Of a stretch of 64,000 nucleotides of DNA, positions 27,199 to 35,848 are shown in pieces. The DNA comes from a phage. The notes below the pieces were generated by a model, which saw only the letters and a list, made by a program, of their open reading frames with translations, did not search any database and was not told the DNA's origin. The stretch lies in the NCBI GenBank assembly GCA_022979955.1, contig GCA_022979955.1_3642.1; one strand, 5' to 3'. A program made the translations under genes and the position numbers. Numbering within the stretch: the first letter of the stretch is position 1; each line of letters opens with the position of its first letter.

Positions 27199-27728
27199 TT
27201 CAAATCTGCCTCTGGTGGTGCCAACCACATAAATGGCGGCAAGTTTAGACGGTTTTTCTTGTCCCATACAAAATATGCATATGCCTGCCCATCCGTTCTA
27301 CCATTGGATTGGAATGACGGGCGCTTAGATATTGTGATCACAGTGGTAGGTGCATTATCAAGCCACCATTCAAATCTGGCCTTGCTTTCCAGAAAATTAA
27401 GACGCAAAAGCATAATAACTACGTCAGCATCTTTCAACGCCTTGTCTACAAACTCACGAGCCAGGCTGTATGGTGGGTTGGTGATAATACAGTCAACATG
27501 GTTGTATTCTGTATTCAGATAGTCAACACCTTCTTGGATTTCTCCCCATGCAGATCCTAACGGCATACGGGAGTAGAACACACCTGAGGCACTATTCCTG
27601 CAAGGCTCTAAGTAGGTCCAGTCTTCTGGGAACGGAATAAGGTCATACAGCCCTTCTGCACACCACTCCGGTGTCACATACTCATCGTAGGCGTTACGTT
27701 GTTCATCAGGTTTTCTAGCACAAGTCAT
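27195..27728 (-). CDS. small DNA N6-adenine methyltransferase-like protein
   Basis: motif IV DCIITNPPYS; motif I-like LEPCRNSASG upstream. Confidence 0.55.
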   Translation of the reverse strand: MTCARKPDEQRNAYDEYVTPEWCAEGLYDLIPFPEDWTYLEPCRNSASGVFYSRMPLGSAWGEIQEGVDYLNTEYNHVDCIITNPPYSLAREFVDKALKDADVVIMLLRLNFLESKARFEWWLDNAPTTVITISKRPSFQSNGRTDGQAYAYFVWDKKNRLNLPPFMWLAPPEADLK

Positions 27729-27741
27729 GCAAATCTCCAGA

Positions 27742-27770
27742 TCATAAAAGCCCTCCGAAGAGGGCTTTAG
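27742..27770 (-). terminator. hairpin terminator (bidirectional-looking)
   Basis: AAAGCCCTC-CGAA-GAGGGCTTT flanked by A and T runs. Confidence 0.5.
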
Positions 27771-27779
27771 AATTAATGT

Positions 27780-28826
27780 TTAAGCTTCTTCGACAATTCC
27801 TGCACCCAGGATTTTTTCATTGAGCTCTTTTGCTGTTTTAATAATATTGTCCACCAGACGCTTGCGAGTCTTATCTTTCACCTTAACCTCTTCACCGCCG
27901 TTCAGAGTAGTCTTCAATTGAGACAGAATATCCTGAAGTTCAACGACAGAGAATCTCTGCAGATCTTCTGAAGTAATCTCACCTAGGGCAATTCTGACGG
28001 TCTCGCCACTTTCCATCTGCAGATTCAGGAACACAGTGTGAACATCACCTTTCGAACCAACCGCTTTCGCAGATTCAACAGCATGAACTAACTCATCTAA
28101 AGAGGTGCACTGGTGAATCTCAGGAAGACCTGCTTCACCTAACACTCCTTCATCACCTTTTGCCAGAAGCTTTTTAGGTTTTTGTCCGTTCTGGATGCGT
28201 TGTATGTTACCTTCATCCAGAATAATAGCTCCAGTGCGTGCTGCCAGCTCTTCTCCGTCCAACCACACTTCGCCACCAGCTGTGATGGATGCGATCTCAT
28301 CTTCTGTCAGCACCCCACCGTAGTATTTTTCGATCAGGCGTTCGAAACGTTTTTTCCAGTAGCTGACCTGAGTATTCATGTTCACACCGTTACCATAAGT
28401 GCCGCCTTGATAGTAGTGGAACATAAACTCTGTGTCCGGAGCCACGGTGCGTTCTTTGCAACCCAGCCATAGGATTGTTCCAGCAGAGCAGCACATCCCT
28501 TCAGCATGTGCAACAACGCTTGCCTGAGATTCGCGGAATGCCTGCAGATAAGCCATTGCAATGTGCACGCAACCCCCAGGGCTATTGATGATTACCCGAA
28601 TGCTTTCTTCCGGCTGAGCCATACGGATCGTCTGCAGACGAGACATATGATCCTGCAGGTCTTCCAAATCGTCGATATAAAGAACGTGGTCAACAACAGG
28701 TGTTGGGTAGCTGTATGTTTCCATGATACCGCCCGGCATACCAAACATTTTATTACTCATAGGTTCGAAACCGTTCTGTTTTTCTTTCATGCCGTGTACC
28801 ATGGTGCTGCGAGGTGTTAAATTCAT
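27780..28826 (-). CDS. ClpP-like (S14 family) serine protease with C-terminal coiled-coil extension
   Basis: INSPGG motif; Ser in GMCCSAG, His in FMFHYYQGG, Asp in WLDGEE; about 150-aa Ala/Glu/Lys-rich tail. Confidence 0.6.
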   Translation of the reverse strand: MNLTPRSTMVHGMKEKQNGFEPMSNKMFGMPGGIMETYSYPTPVVDHVLYIDDLEDLQDHMSRLQTIRMAQPEESIRVIINSPGGCVHIAMAYLQAFRESQASVVAHAEGMCCSAGTILWLGCKERTVAPDTEFMFHYYQGGTYGNGVNMNTQVSYWKKRFERLIEKYYGGVLTEDEIASITAGGEVWLDGEELAARTGAIILDEGNIQRIQNGQKPKKLLAKGDEGVLGEAGLPEIHQCTSLDELVHAVESAKAVGSKGDVHTVFLNLQMESGETVRIALGEITSEDLQRFSVVELQDILSQLKTTLNGGEEVKVKDKTRKRLVDNIIKTAKELNEKILGAGIVEEA

Positions 28827-28886
28827 GAGAAATCCTTAATATTGGAAGTTGAAAGCTATTTATTTAAACCTGATTCACATTTACCT

Positions 28887-29321
28887 TTATTTAGCAATCA
28901 CTATGGAATACTTACGATTGTCAGAAGCATCACAACTCAATGATTGCCAGTCTACCACATACCACGTATCATTGTCAACAATTACTTTATCGCCTGTTCT
29001 GTAGCAGGTGCTGCTTTCAATAATCCGAGACTCGATAAAGAATCTGTGTCGGCGCTCACGTAGCAACGCTAAGTTGATTATATTACCACCACTGTCCTTG
29101 ATCCACACATTCTTGGATCCTTTATTTGCCAAAATTGTCTCGCCGTTATAGACAAACAGGCAGTATATTTTATTCAGTTTCTCTTGTATTGTAGCCATAC
29201 TGTCCTCCTCCTTGTTTTGTCCGATAATAATATCTAAAGCTTGCCTATTTGTCAACAACTGTTTTAGATATTTAAGGGTGGAATAACCACCCTTCTGTAT
29301 TACTCGGAAACAGGGGTCCAA
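28887..29321 (-). CDS. hypothetical protein
   Basis: ORF track. Confidence 0.45.
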   Translation of the reverse strand: MDPCFRVIQKGGYSTLKYLKQLLTNRQALDIIIGQNKEEDSMATIQEKLNKIYCLFVYNGETILANKGSKNVWIKDSGGNIINLALLRERRHRFFIESRIIESSTCYRTGDKVIVDNDTWYVVDWQSLSCDASDNRKYSIVIAK

Positions 29322-30088
29322 ATATGATTTGCACGATCCTCAATAAGATTGAGTGCAATCTGACGACCCAACCCGGAACGAACGACATCATCTGGACTAT
29401 CAAAGCTGATCATTCCAACCTCAGGATCTGGATGACGAGTAAAGAAATCCGTCACCCATGCAAGGCCAGATTTACCAGGGATGTCACGTTGGCTATTATC
29501 GCCCATAATTACAAGGGTTGCCTGATCAGAGATCCTTGTGATAATTGACAACATTTCTTCAGGGTTAGTTTGCTGTGCCTCGTCAATCAGGACAAAGCAT
29601 CGCTCATCGAAACTACGACCACGAATGCTTTCAACTTCACAAATCTCGATACGGCTGTTCTGACCGTCTCCCAGCATTGCGGCAAAAGCACCTTTACCAA
29701 CACGACGACAAATCGTGTCCATCATGCTTCGAAGATAGGGCCACAGTTTCTGCATTGCATTTCCGGGTTTAAATCCTGAAGTCTTTCCTGTCTGGACGTA
29801 AGGACGTGCAACAATGATCTTATCAATCTCGTTCTTACGCAGAAGATCACCTGCATATGCAGATGCCATGAATGTCTTACCGGATCCAAACACACCGTTT
29901 ACAATAATAATCTTACGTGACCCTAGATAATCAAGATACTTTTGCTGCTTCTTATTCATTGGTCGGAGAGCTGGAGCGGTGTGCTCTCGTTCGTCAGCAA
30001 ATTTCTCAGCAGCCTTACGCAGGCGATCAGATTTGCGAGCCTCTCTAGCTTCATCACGCATGCGTTTTGTTTCTTTAGCTCGACCCAT
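29300..30088 (-). CDS. phoH: PhoH-like ATPase
   Basis: Walker A GVFGSGKTF; Walker B-like FVLIDEAQ; size typical of phage PhoH. Confidence 0.7.
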   Translation of the reverse strand: MGRAKETKRMRDEAREARKSDRLRKAAEKFADEREHTAPALRPMNKKQQKYLDYLGSRKIIIVNGVFGSGKTFMASAYAGDLLRKNEIDKIIVARPYVQTGKTSGFKPGNAMQKLWPYLRSMMDTICRRVGKGAFAAMLGDGQNSRIEICEVESIRGRSFDERCFVLIDEAQQTNPEEMLSIITRISDQATLVIMGDNSQRDIPGKSGLAWVTDFFTRHPDPEVGMISFDSPDDVVRSGLGRQIALNLIEDRANHIWTPVSE

Positions 30089-30126
30089 GTTGGGACTCCT
30101 TTCAGATTGAGATGTGCCAAGTACTT

Positions 30127-30477
30127 TTACTGCAACAGTTTTTCAATAGCCGCTTCCATGCTGCTTGCAACAGCCTGAACTCGGATATTCATCTCTTCTT
30201 GGTGGATCAGCTCCTTAAGCTCTTTAATGGTAAATTCTTTAGAGAAACCTTCCACCATAATCTTGTGTAAGGCTTCTTGCGTATCTACTTGCAAGAACTT
30301 TTCCAGTTTGTTGGCAGAGGCTTCTAAATCAGCCCGAATACGAGGGTCATCTGTGCGATTCAGCATTAGGCGTAAGCCATCAAGATTAGTAGAAATAGCA
30401 TCTGCATGTTGAGTAACTAACCGTGGCAAAATGAGATCTACAAACTTATTAGCCAAATCGATACGTTCTTGTGTCAC
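30127..30477 (-). CDS. hypothetical protein (GTG start)
   Basis: ORF track; first codon read as GTG. Confidence 0.4.
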   Translation of the reverse strand: MTQERIDLANKFVDLILPRLVTQHADAISTNLDGLRLMLNRTDDPRIRADLEASANKLEKFLQVDTQEALHKIMVEGFSKEFTIKELKELIHQEEMNIRVQAVASSMEAAIEKLLQ

Positions 30478-30587
30478 TGTTGCACCCCCTCTTCATCTTC
30501 ATGATGTTTCTTTTCACGCTTGTGTTTTTTCTTAAGCTCAAGCGCAATCTCTTTCTTGTACGCCTTCTTCAAGGCTTTTTTAGCCAT
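30474..30587 (-). CDS. small basic peptide ORF (37 aa)
   Basis: GGAGGTG SD upstream of ATG; K-rich; coordinates hand-counted. Confidence 0.3.
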   Translation of the reverse strand: MAKKALKKAYKKEIALELKKKHKREKKHHEDEEGVQQ

Positions 30588-30649
30588 TTGGCACCTCCTC
30601 TGCTTTCATTACGGCAATTATAACCAACTCAACAAAGCTTTGTCAACAA

Positions 30650-31123
30650 CTAGTCCACCTGAACCCAACCGCCTGATACTTTTTTAAACATTCTTTGGTT
30701 ATCACTGCCTCGGAACGGTTTCTTGGTTGGTAAATCTTTTACATACTTACCGTCAATGATGATATCAGCCAGTTTAAGAACATCACTAGAGATATGGTCA
30801 AATGTGAACCCAGTATATACAAGAATAGTTTTCTTGTCACCAAATTTTTCCTTAATTTTCTCCATCAGGCTAATAATATCTGGCTCATTATAGTATGCTA
30901 AGGGTTCTCCACCCAGTAGAGAGATACCGCACACAGACGGGTTATCTAAATCTGACAAGATTTTTTGCAAATCTTCTTCAGTGAACTCTCTCCCCTTATC
31001 CTTTGACCAAAATGCCTGATTAAAGCAACCAGGGCAAGCGTGTGGGCACCCAGATACCCACAAGGCAGTTCTAATACCTGGCCCTTCGATGTAAGATATT
31101 TCTGTATATCCGGCAATGTTCAT
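30650..31123 (-). CDS. nrdG: anaerobic ribonucleotide reductase activating protein (radical SAM)
   Basis: CPHACPGCFN radical-SAM cysteine motif; size about 157 aa; adjacent to nrdD. Confidence 0.7.
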   Translation of the reverse strand: MNIAGYTEISYIEGPGIRTALWVSGCPHACPGCFNQAFWSKDKGREFTEEDLQKILSDLDNPSVCGISLLGGEPLAYYNEPDIISLMEKIKEKFGDKKTILVYTGFTFDHISSDVLKLADIIIDGKYVKDLPTKKPFRGSDNQRMFKKVSGGWVQVD

Positions 31124-31236
31124 AGATACTCCGCATCACATTTGGGGCAATGCCAAATAAAATCGTCCAGTGCCTTGCACCAACGAAGATTGCAATGACA
31201 ACCACACTTGCAAATTTTATAAATACCTGATGACAT
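31120..31236 (-). CDS. Cys-rich micro-protein (38 aa, zinc-ribbon-like)
   Basis: AGGAGGTG SD; CKCGCHC...HCPKC; stop overlaps nrdG ATG. Confidence 0.35.
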   Translation of the reverse strand: MSSGIYKICKCGCHCNLRWCKALDDFIWHCPKCDAEYL

Positions 31237-31299
31237 ACTGCACCTCCTAGCTCGCTGTGTGTCAATAATATGCCACATCCTTGTGGCTTTTGTCAAGAA

Positions 31300-32292
31300 T
31301 CAGCAACCACAACTTCCGTAGTGCTTAACTCGCTCGATAACTTCCGCTTGCTTACCTTTATTGTAAGGACGGGAGTTAGGACTGGAAAGATATCCAGACA
31401 CTCTTCGGATCACTGAGATATATTGTTCATCGTGGCATCCACACGCAGGGCAGCAGAACCCTTTAGCTGTTGCACTGAACTCACCAGAGAAACCGCACTT
31501 AAGACATTTATCCACAGGCTGGTTAATACCAAAATACATAATGTGTTTATATCCGAAATCAACAAGAGCTTCCAAAGCATCTAAGTTGTTTTTCAGATTT
31601 GGTGTCTCTATGTACCCAATGTTGCCACCAGAGGAGATCATAGCAAAACCTTCCTCATACTTCCACTTATCAAAAGGCGAGCTATTTATCCATACTGGCT
31701 GATGGAAACTGTTGGTGAGATATTCATGCTCATGCTTCAACACTTCAGGATATTCACGATCCAGACAGGTTGCAGCTTTATAGCATAGACTCTCAGAAGG
31801 GGTGCCGTACAAGCTAAACGCTAGTCTACTTTCCTTCTTGTATCGCTCACAAGCATCTCTCATGTGCTGAAGGATTCCAAGAGCTAAAGCCTTGTCACCC
31901 TCTCTGCCCAAAATCTGACAGGTTTCATACACACCAATATACCCAATACTGATGGAAGCGTACCCGTCATAGAAGAGTTTATCAATACTCTCTTCAGGAT
32001 CCAGGCGAGCAAGAGCGCCTTCACACCACATGATAGGGTTCTGCCCTGCCTTGGTGCCTTTCAGACGGTTAACCCTTACAAGGTGAGCTTCATATGCCAA
32101 ATCCAGATACTCGTCAAGAACGGCAAAGAAATCAACACCTTCCGTCTTAGCTTTTGCCGCAATCATTGGTAGGTTAAGGCTAACAACACCCAAGTTGAAT
32201 CTGCCGAGGTATTTCTCCTCGCCTGTTACAGGGTCGCTATATTTCGATAAGAAACTTCTACACATTATGTTCAGGGTGGTTCGCAAGTCCAC
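31300..32292 (-). CDS. nrdD: anaerobic ribonucleoside-triphosphate reductase, C-terminal exon (glycyl-radical domain)
   Basis: GRFNLGVVSLNLP, Zn-site cysteines CLKCG...CPACGC, glycyl radical motif RVSGY; exon boundary upstream of 32292 not resolved. Confidence 0.7.
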   Translation of the reverse strand: MDLRTTLNIMCRSFLSKYSDPVTGEEKYLGRFNLGVVSLNLPMIAAKAKTEGVDFFAVLDEYLDLAYEAHLVRVNRLKGTKAGQNPIMWCEGALARLDPEESIDKLFYDGYASISIGYIGVYETCQILGREGDKALALGILQHMRDACERYKKESRLAFSLYGTPSESLCYKAATCLDREYPEVLKHEHEYLTNSFHQPVWINSSPFDKWKYEEGFAMISSGGNIGYIETPNLKNNLDALEALVDFGYKHIMYFGINQPVDKCLKCGFSGEFSATAKGFCCPACGCHDEQYISVIRRVSGYLSSPNSRPYNKGKQAEVIERVKHYGSCGC

Positions 32293-33015
32293 CCCCGCAC
32301 CTTTACGTGCTGCTGCATGTTCCCATGCAGATCAGACTATATCTTCACACTTAGTGTGTCTACCATTTCGAGTGTCATCGGCTTACACCCTACACCGCTA
32401 CATTCATCACGGTTAGTCGTTAGGCATTTCGTAACAGAACTCGTAATCATAGTTATTAGGCGCACCACGTTTCAGGATAGCAGATATTCTTTTTCTATCC
32501 ACTCCTAAAACATCAGCACAACATCTCAGACTTTTAAAGTGGAAAACCTCACCAGTTAATTTGTTGGTGGCTTTCACACCGTGGCATCTTGTGTAAAAAG
32601 CATAACAGTTGTTGTTGTATCCTTCTTGCGTATTGTCTGGGCAAGCTCCCCACTCAAGGTTGTATACACTGTTATCTTTCCTGTTGTCCCCTTTGTGCTT
32701 AACATAGGGTAAATTGTCTGGATTTGGTAAGAACGCTTCAGCAACAAGTCTGTGAACCCTTAGGCAAACAGTCTTTTTGTTCTTGCGTATCCTAACAAGA
32801 CGGTAACCTGTGTTTATCTCTTCCCACGAATGAATAATTCTTTCATTTTCGTAGCGGGTGCAATAAACATTGCCCATCTCGTCAATTTCATAACCTTCAA
32901 AATCACGAATTTGTTTTCTCATTTCAGGACTCCTCTTGGTCAGGAGTTCTGTTACGTTTAGCACGGGATTGTCCGTTCTGGAGTTTCCCCGTTTAGATAG
33001 ATTTTACATGAGCAG
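32293..33015 (-). mobile_element. putative group I intron in nrdD carrying an HNH homing endonuclease gene
   Basis: nrdD reading frame interrupted; free-standing HNH ORF with own start inside. Confidence 0.5.
32413..32964 (-). CDS. HNH homing endonuclease
   Basis: HRLVAEAFLPNPDNLPYVKHKGDNRKDNSVYNLEW pattern typical of phage HNH endonucleases. Confidence 0.7.
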   Translation of the reverse strand: MLNVTELLTKRSPEMRKQIRDFEGYEIDEMGNVYCTRYENERIIHSWEEINTGYRLVRIRKNKKTVCLRVHRLVAEAFLPNPDNLPYVKHKGDNRKDNSVYNLEWGACPDNTQEGYNNNCYAFYTRCHGVKATNKLTGEVFHFKSLRCCADVLGVDRKRISAILKRGAPNNYDYEFCYEMPND

Positions 33016-33270
33016 TTATAGTTTACCCATGCTCGTTACTTTACCATCTGTCGATCCTGTCACTTTACGATTTAGTGGAACAGAGACAAAGTCAGGATAA
33101 ATCCGCTCTGCAGAGCATTCCAGAGCTAATCGTTTCAAATCATAGTTAGGATCTCCAGGGTTCATGTTGACACCATCTTCTAGGAAGAACAGCACTTTAG
33201 GGAACACAGGTGTGATACGTTCTTCACCAAGACCCATTTTGTGGACTTTCAAGTAGTTTTTGGTAATCAT
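33016..33270 (-). CDS. nrdD: probable middle exon of nrdD
   Basis: segment PVFPKVLFFLEDGVNMNPGDPNYDL..CSAERIYPDF resembles class III RNR core; boundaries not resolved. Confidence 0.4.
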   Translation of the reverse strand: MITKNYLKVHKMGLGEERITPVFPKVLFFLEDGVNMNPGDPNYDLKRLALECSAERIYPDFVSVPLNRKVTGSTDGKVTSMGKL

Positions 33271-33578
33271 TCTACCAAATACTGAGGTGTCCAGACCTAA
33301 ACTTAATGTGATAAAAGGGGTTTGCGGTCCCCACCCTTATGTTTCCACAAGGCCAGACTATCTCTTGCCTGAAATCACACCGTGTGATTCTTAATCAGAC
33401 CTCTGCGTTTCGGAATCTTCCATAATCCCTACACCAAAAGGTTAGTCGTTACAACCGCCTCACTCCTTGTGAAGCTAGTCACGGGATTGGCATAGCTTGA
33501 GCCTTAGCGTTCCCCGTTAGCCAGCGATCAGCTGACCCCTCATACTGAGGTTAGCAGAGTTTTAAAACGGCCAGCTTG
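33271..33578 (-). other. putative ORF-less group I intron (or spacer) within nrdD
   Basis: about 300 nt GC-balanced, stop-rich sequence between two nrdD-like reading frames. Confidence 0.35.
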
Positions 33579-34442
33579 TTAACCGTTGACAGAAGTTAAC
33601 GTATTGATTTGATAGAGCAAAGTCTGCATGCTGTCAAATACGTCTTTATCTGTCATTTGCATTGCAACAGTCTCAGCATCTGGCAACCAATGTTCCTGGC
33701 AAAATTTAAGGTTCTTCTCATAGGTCGCTTCAGCATACTGTGCCAGATAATGATCAATATGGCTCATAGTCTGACCCCCATATTGAGCACTAGCTACTGC
33801 ACTAGAGATTTGGCTAAGGATTGTTGTTGCAACCCCTATTGACTTAGGCTTACTGACATGGGCGTTACCAATGTTGAATCCGTTTTCCAACATATCTGGA
33901 TAATTTACCAAACAACAGTTTGTTAACGGACTAATCAAGTAGTCAAGATCATGCACATGGATGAAGCCTCTATTGTGCTCTTCTGAGACACGGTCTGGCA
34001 GGATCTGTGTTGATGCAAGGTGTTTGCTAAGGATGCCTGCAAGCAGGTCACGATGAGTGTGTACATGATTGGTAGGCTTATTTGCGTTTTCTTTTGTAAA
34101 TTCATCACAAGTGCGATCCAAGAAGCCACTAATATCTGCAAGCAGTTTTCCACCTGCCTCTCTGTTATTATCTCTTGTCTGCCTATACTGGATGTATTCT
34201 CTGGCTGCACATTTTAAACCCATATCCATAAAAGCGTCTTCAACAAGGGTATGGATATTTTCTACAGAGATCGTGCACTGGTCGGTTGGTAGATTGTTAG
34301 CAACAACTTCATTAACCGCGCAGGCGATCCGGTAAGCTTCTTCTTCAGTATGTCCAGACTCAAGTAAGGCGGACTCTGCCGCCTTGATCACCTTAATCCC
34401 GTTATATACCTCTTCTCTACCGTCCCGTTTTACAACTTTCAC
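33579..34442 (-). CDS. nrdD: anaerobic ribonucleoside-triphosphate reductase, N-terminal exon (ATP-cone)
   Basis: N-terminal ATP-cone-like MKVVKRDGREEVYNGIKV; continues into class III RNR-like sequence. Confidence 0.7.
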   Translation of the reverse strand: MKVVKRDGREEVYNGIKVIKAAESALLESGHTEEEAYRIACAVNEVVANNLPTDQCTISVENIHTLVEDAFMDMGLKCAAREYIQYRQTRDNNREAGGKLLADISGFLDRTCDEFTKENANKPTNHVHTHRDLLAGILSKHLASTQILPDRVSEEHNRGFIHVHDLDYLISPLTNCCLVNYPDMLENGFNIGNAHVSKPKSIGVATTILSQISSAVASAQYGGQTMSHIDHYLAQYAEATYEKNLKFCQEHWLPDAETVAMQMTDKDVFDSMQTLLYQINTLTSVNG

Positions 34443-34717
34443 TTTTTCTCTCCAAAACCATTCTTAACAAAAGAGATGAAATCGTCGGCACCGCCTATAT
34501 GGACACTTTCAAGATTGCTTTCTAAGAAGATCTGCGGCAACGTTCTGGGTACGATTGGACTGCACTTCTCAATAAGCTCTTCTTTTGTGTAACCCTCGCC
34601 AAGTGTCTTATACACAAAAGGTATGCCTTTGCTGACTGCAAATTCTTTTGCTCTTACACAATGTGGGCAGTTATCTTTACCGTAAATAATAAAGAAAAAA
34701 GATTTTTCACAGCTCAT
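34439..34717 (-). CDS. glutaredoxin-like redoxin
   Basis: CPHC active site, TLPQIF motif; sits between nrdB and nrdD. Confidence 0.6.
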   Translation of the reverse strand: MSCEKSFFFIIYGKDNCPHCVRAKEFAVSKGIPFVYKTLGEGYTKEELIEKCSPIVPRTLPQIFLESNLESVHIGGADDFISFVKNGFGEKK

Positions 34718-34720
34718 GTA

Positions 34721-35809
34721 TTAAAACTCCCAAATTTCTTCTTCAGCGTCATTAACAGTTGTGTTGACGCGGTAGTCAGTGTTCGACATTTCTTGGTTCG
34801 CCGTCTGTTGCAATGAAGGTTTCATCCACACCTGCATAAACGGTAGCGGGTCCTTTGTTGGCGGCACAAAGTCTTTGTCGATGTCGTAGTAATCATAAAT
34901 AGGTGAGCAGTTATAGTCAACCCATTCTTTAAGCAACGGTGAGTTAAGACCTATAATCGCTCTTCCTTCGCTGAAAATATAGTCACTCCAACCGTACTCC
35001 TTGGTTCGTACTTCATCAAGAATCTCTTTTAACTCTCCTTTTATCTCAAGGAAGCTTTTCTCCCATGCTGGATCATTAAGCAAGATATCAATGATGGCAA
35101 AATCACCTTTCGAATGCAGCATTTCGTCAAGCATGATTTTTTGAACAAGCTGCGCCACCTGAACAAAAATACCCTGTTCAGCTACTGCGAAAGTGCATGC
35201 AAAACTTGCAATAAACTCAATACTTTCCAGGGCTAAAAGTGCAAAAAGCGCTCTAAGAATGCATTTCCGCACAATATCTTCTTCAACACTAGAAGGATCC
35301 AGTCGGTATTTTGCACCAATAACCTCAAGCTCTTGCATGTATTTGACAATAACGCCAGATCTGCTCAGAACGTTTTGGTTTTCCTGAATCTCTTCTATAA
35401 TCTCACGGGCATTGGGGAGGCATTGTCTAACAATCTCTGAGTAAGTTAGTGCGTGAAGAACTTCAATCTCTGACTGTTTCATCAATAGAGTGAAAAGCTC
35501 ACTATTAGTGATGAATGGTGAAAAGAGGCAGATGATCGATCTTGCCGCAACGCTATCAGCCTCCCATTGCCACATCAAGGTCTGCACCATCACATCATAA
35601 GTTGACTTGGAGCATGTTACAAAATCTGAAATAGATTGCGACAAATCCACTTCATCCTCTGCCCAGTCTTGTTCTTTTTGTTTTTTGTATAGTTCAAACA
35701 GTTGTGGATATTTTTTGTTGATAGAGTCGTACATACCCATTTGCTGTCCTAGAAACAGCGGATAGTCACCAGTTTTATGAGCGGTGTTCTCAGCATTAAA
35801 TACAGCCAT
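34721..35809 (-). CDS. nrdB: ribonucleotide reductase class Ia beta subunit
   Basis: 362 aa; ATG verified; diiron-site-like EXXH segments and C-terminal aromatic tail; adjacent to nrdA. Confidence 0.8.
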   Translation of the reverse strand: MAVFNAENTAHKTGDYPLFLGQQMGMYDSINKKYPQLFELYKKQKEQDWAEDEVDLSQSISDFVTCSKSTYDVMVQTLMWQWEADSVAARSIICLFSPFITNSELFTLLMKQSEIEVLHALTYSEIVRQCLPNAREIIEEIQENQNVLSRSGVIVKYMQELEVIGAKYRLDPSSVEEDIVRKCILRALFALLALESIEFIASFACTFAVAEQGIFVQVAQLVQKIMLDEMLHSKGDFAIIDILLNDPAWEKSFLEIKGELKEILDEVRTKEYGWSDYIFSEGRAIIGLNSPLLKEWVDYNCSPIYDYYDIDKDFVPPTKDPLPFMQVWMKPSLQQTANQEMSNTDYRVNTTVNDAEEEIWEF

Positions 35810-35848
35810 TATTCTAACCTCTAAAATGGGGCCGAAGCCCCTTTAAAA

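Noticed and set aside
28182-28820. + strand ORFs 28182..28472 and 28506..28820
   Set aside because: Fully antisense within the ClpP-like gene, which has clear catalytic motifs.
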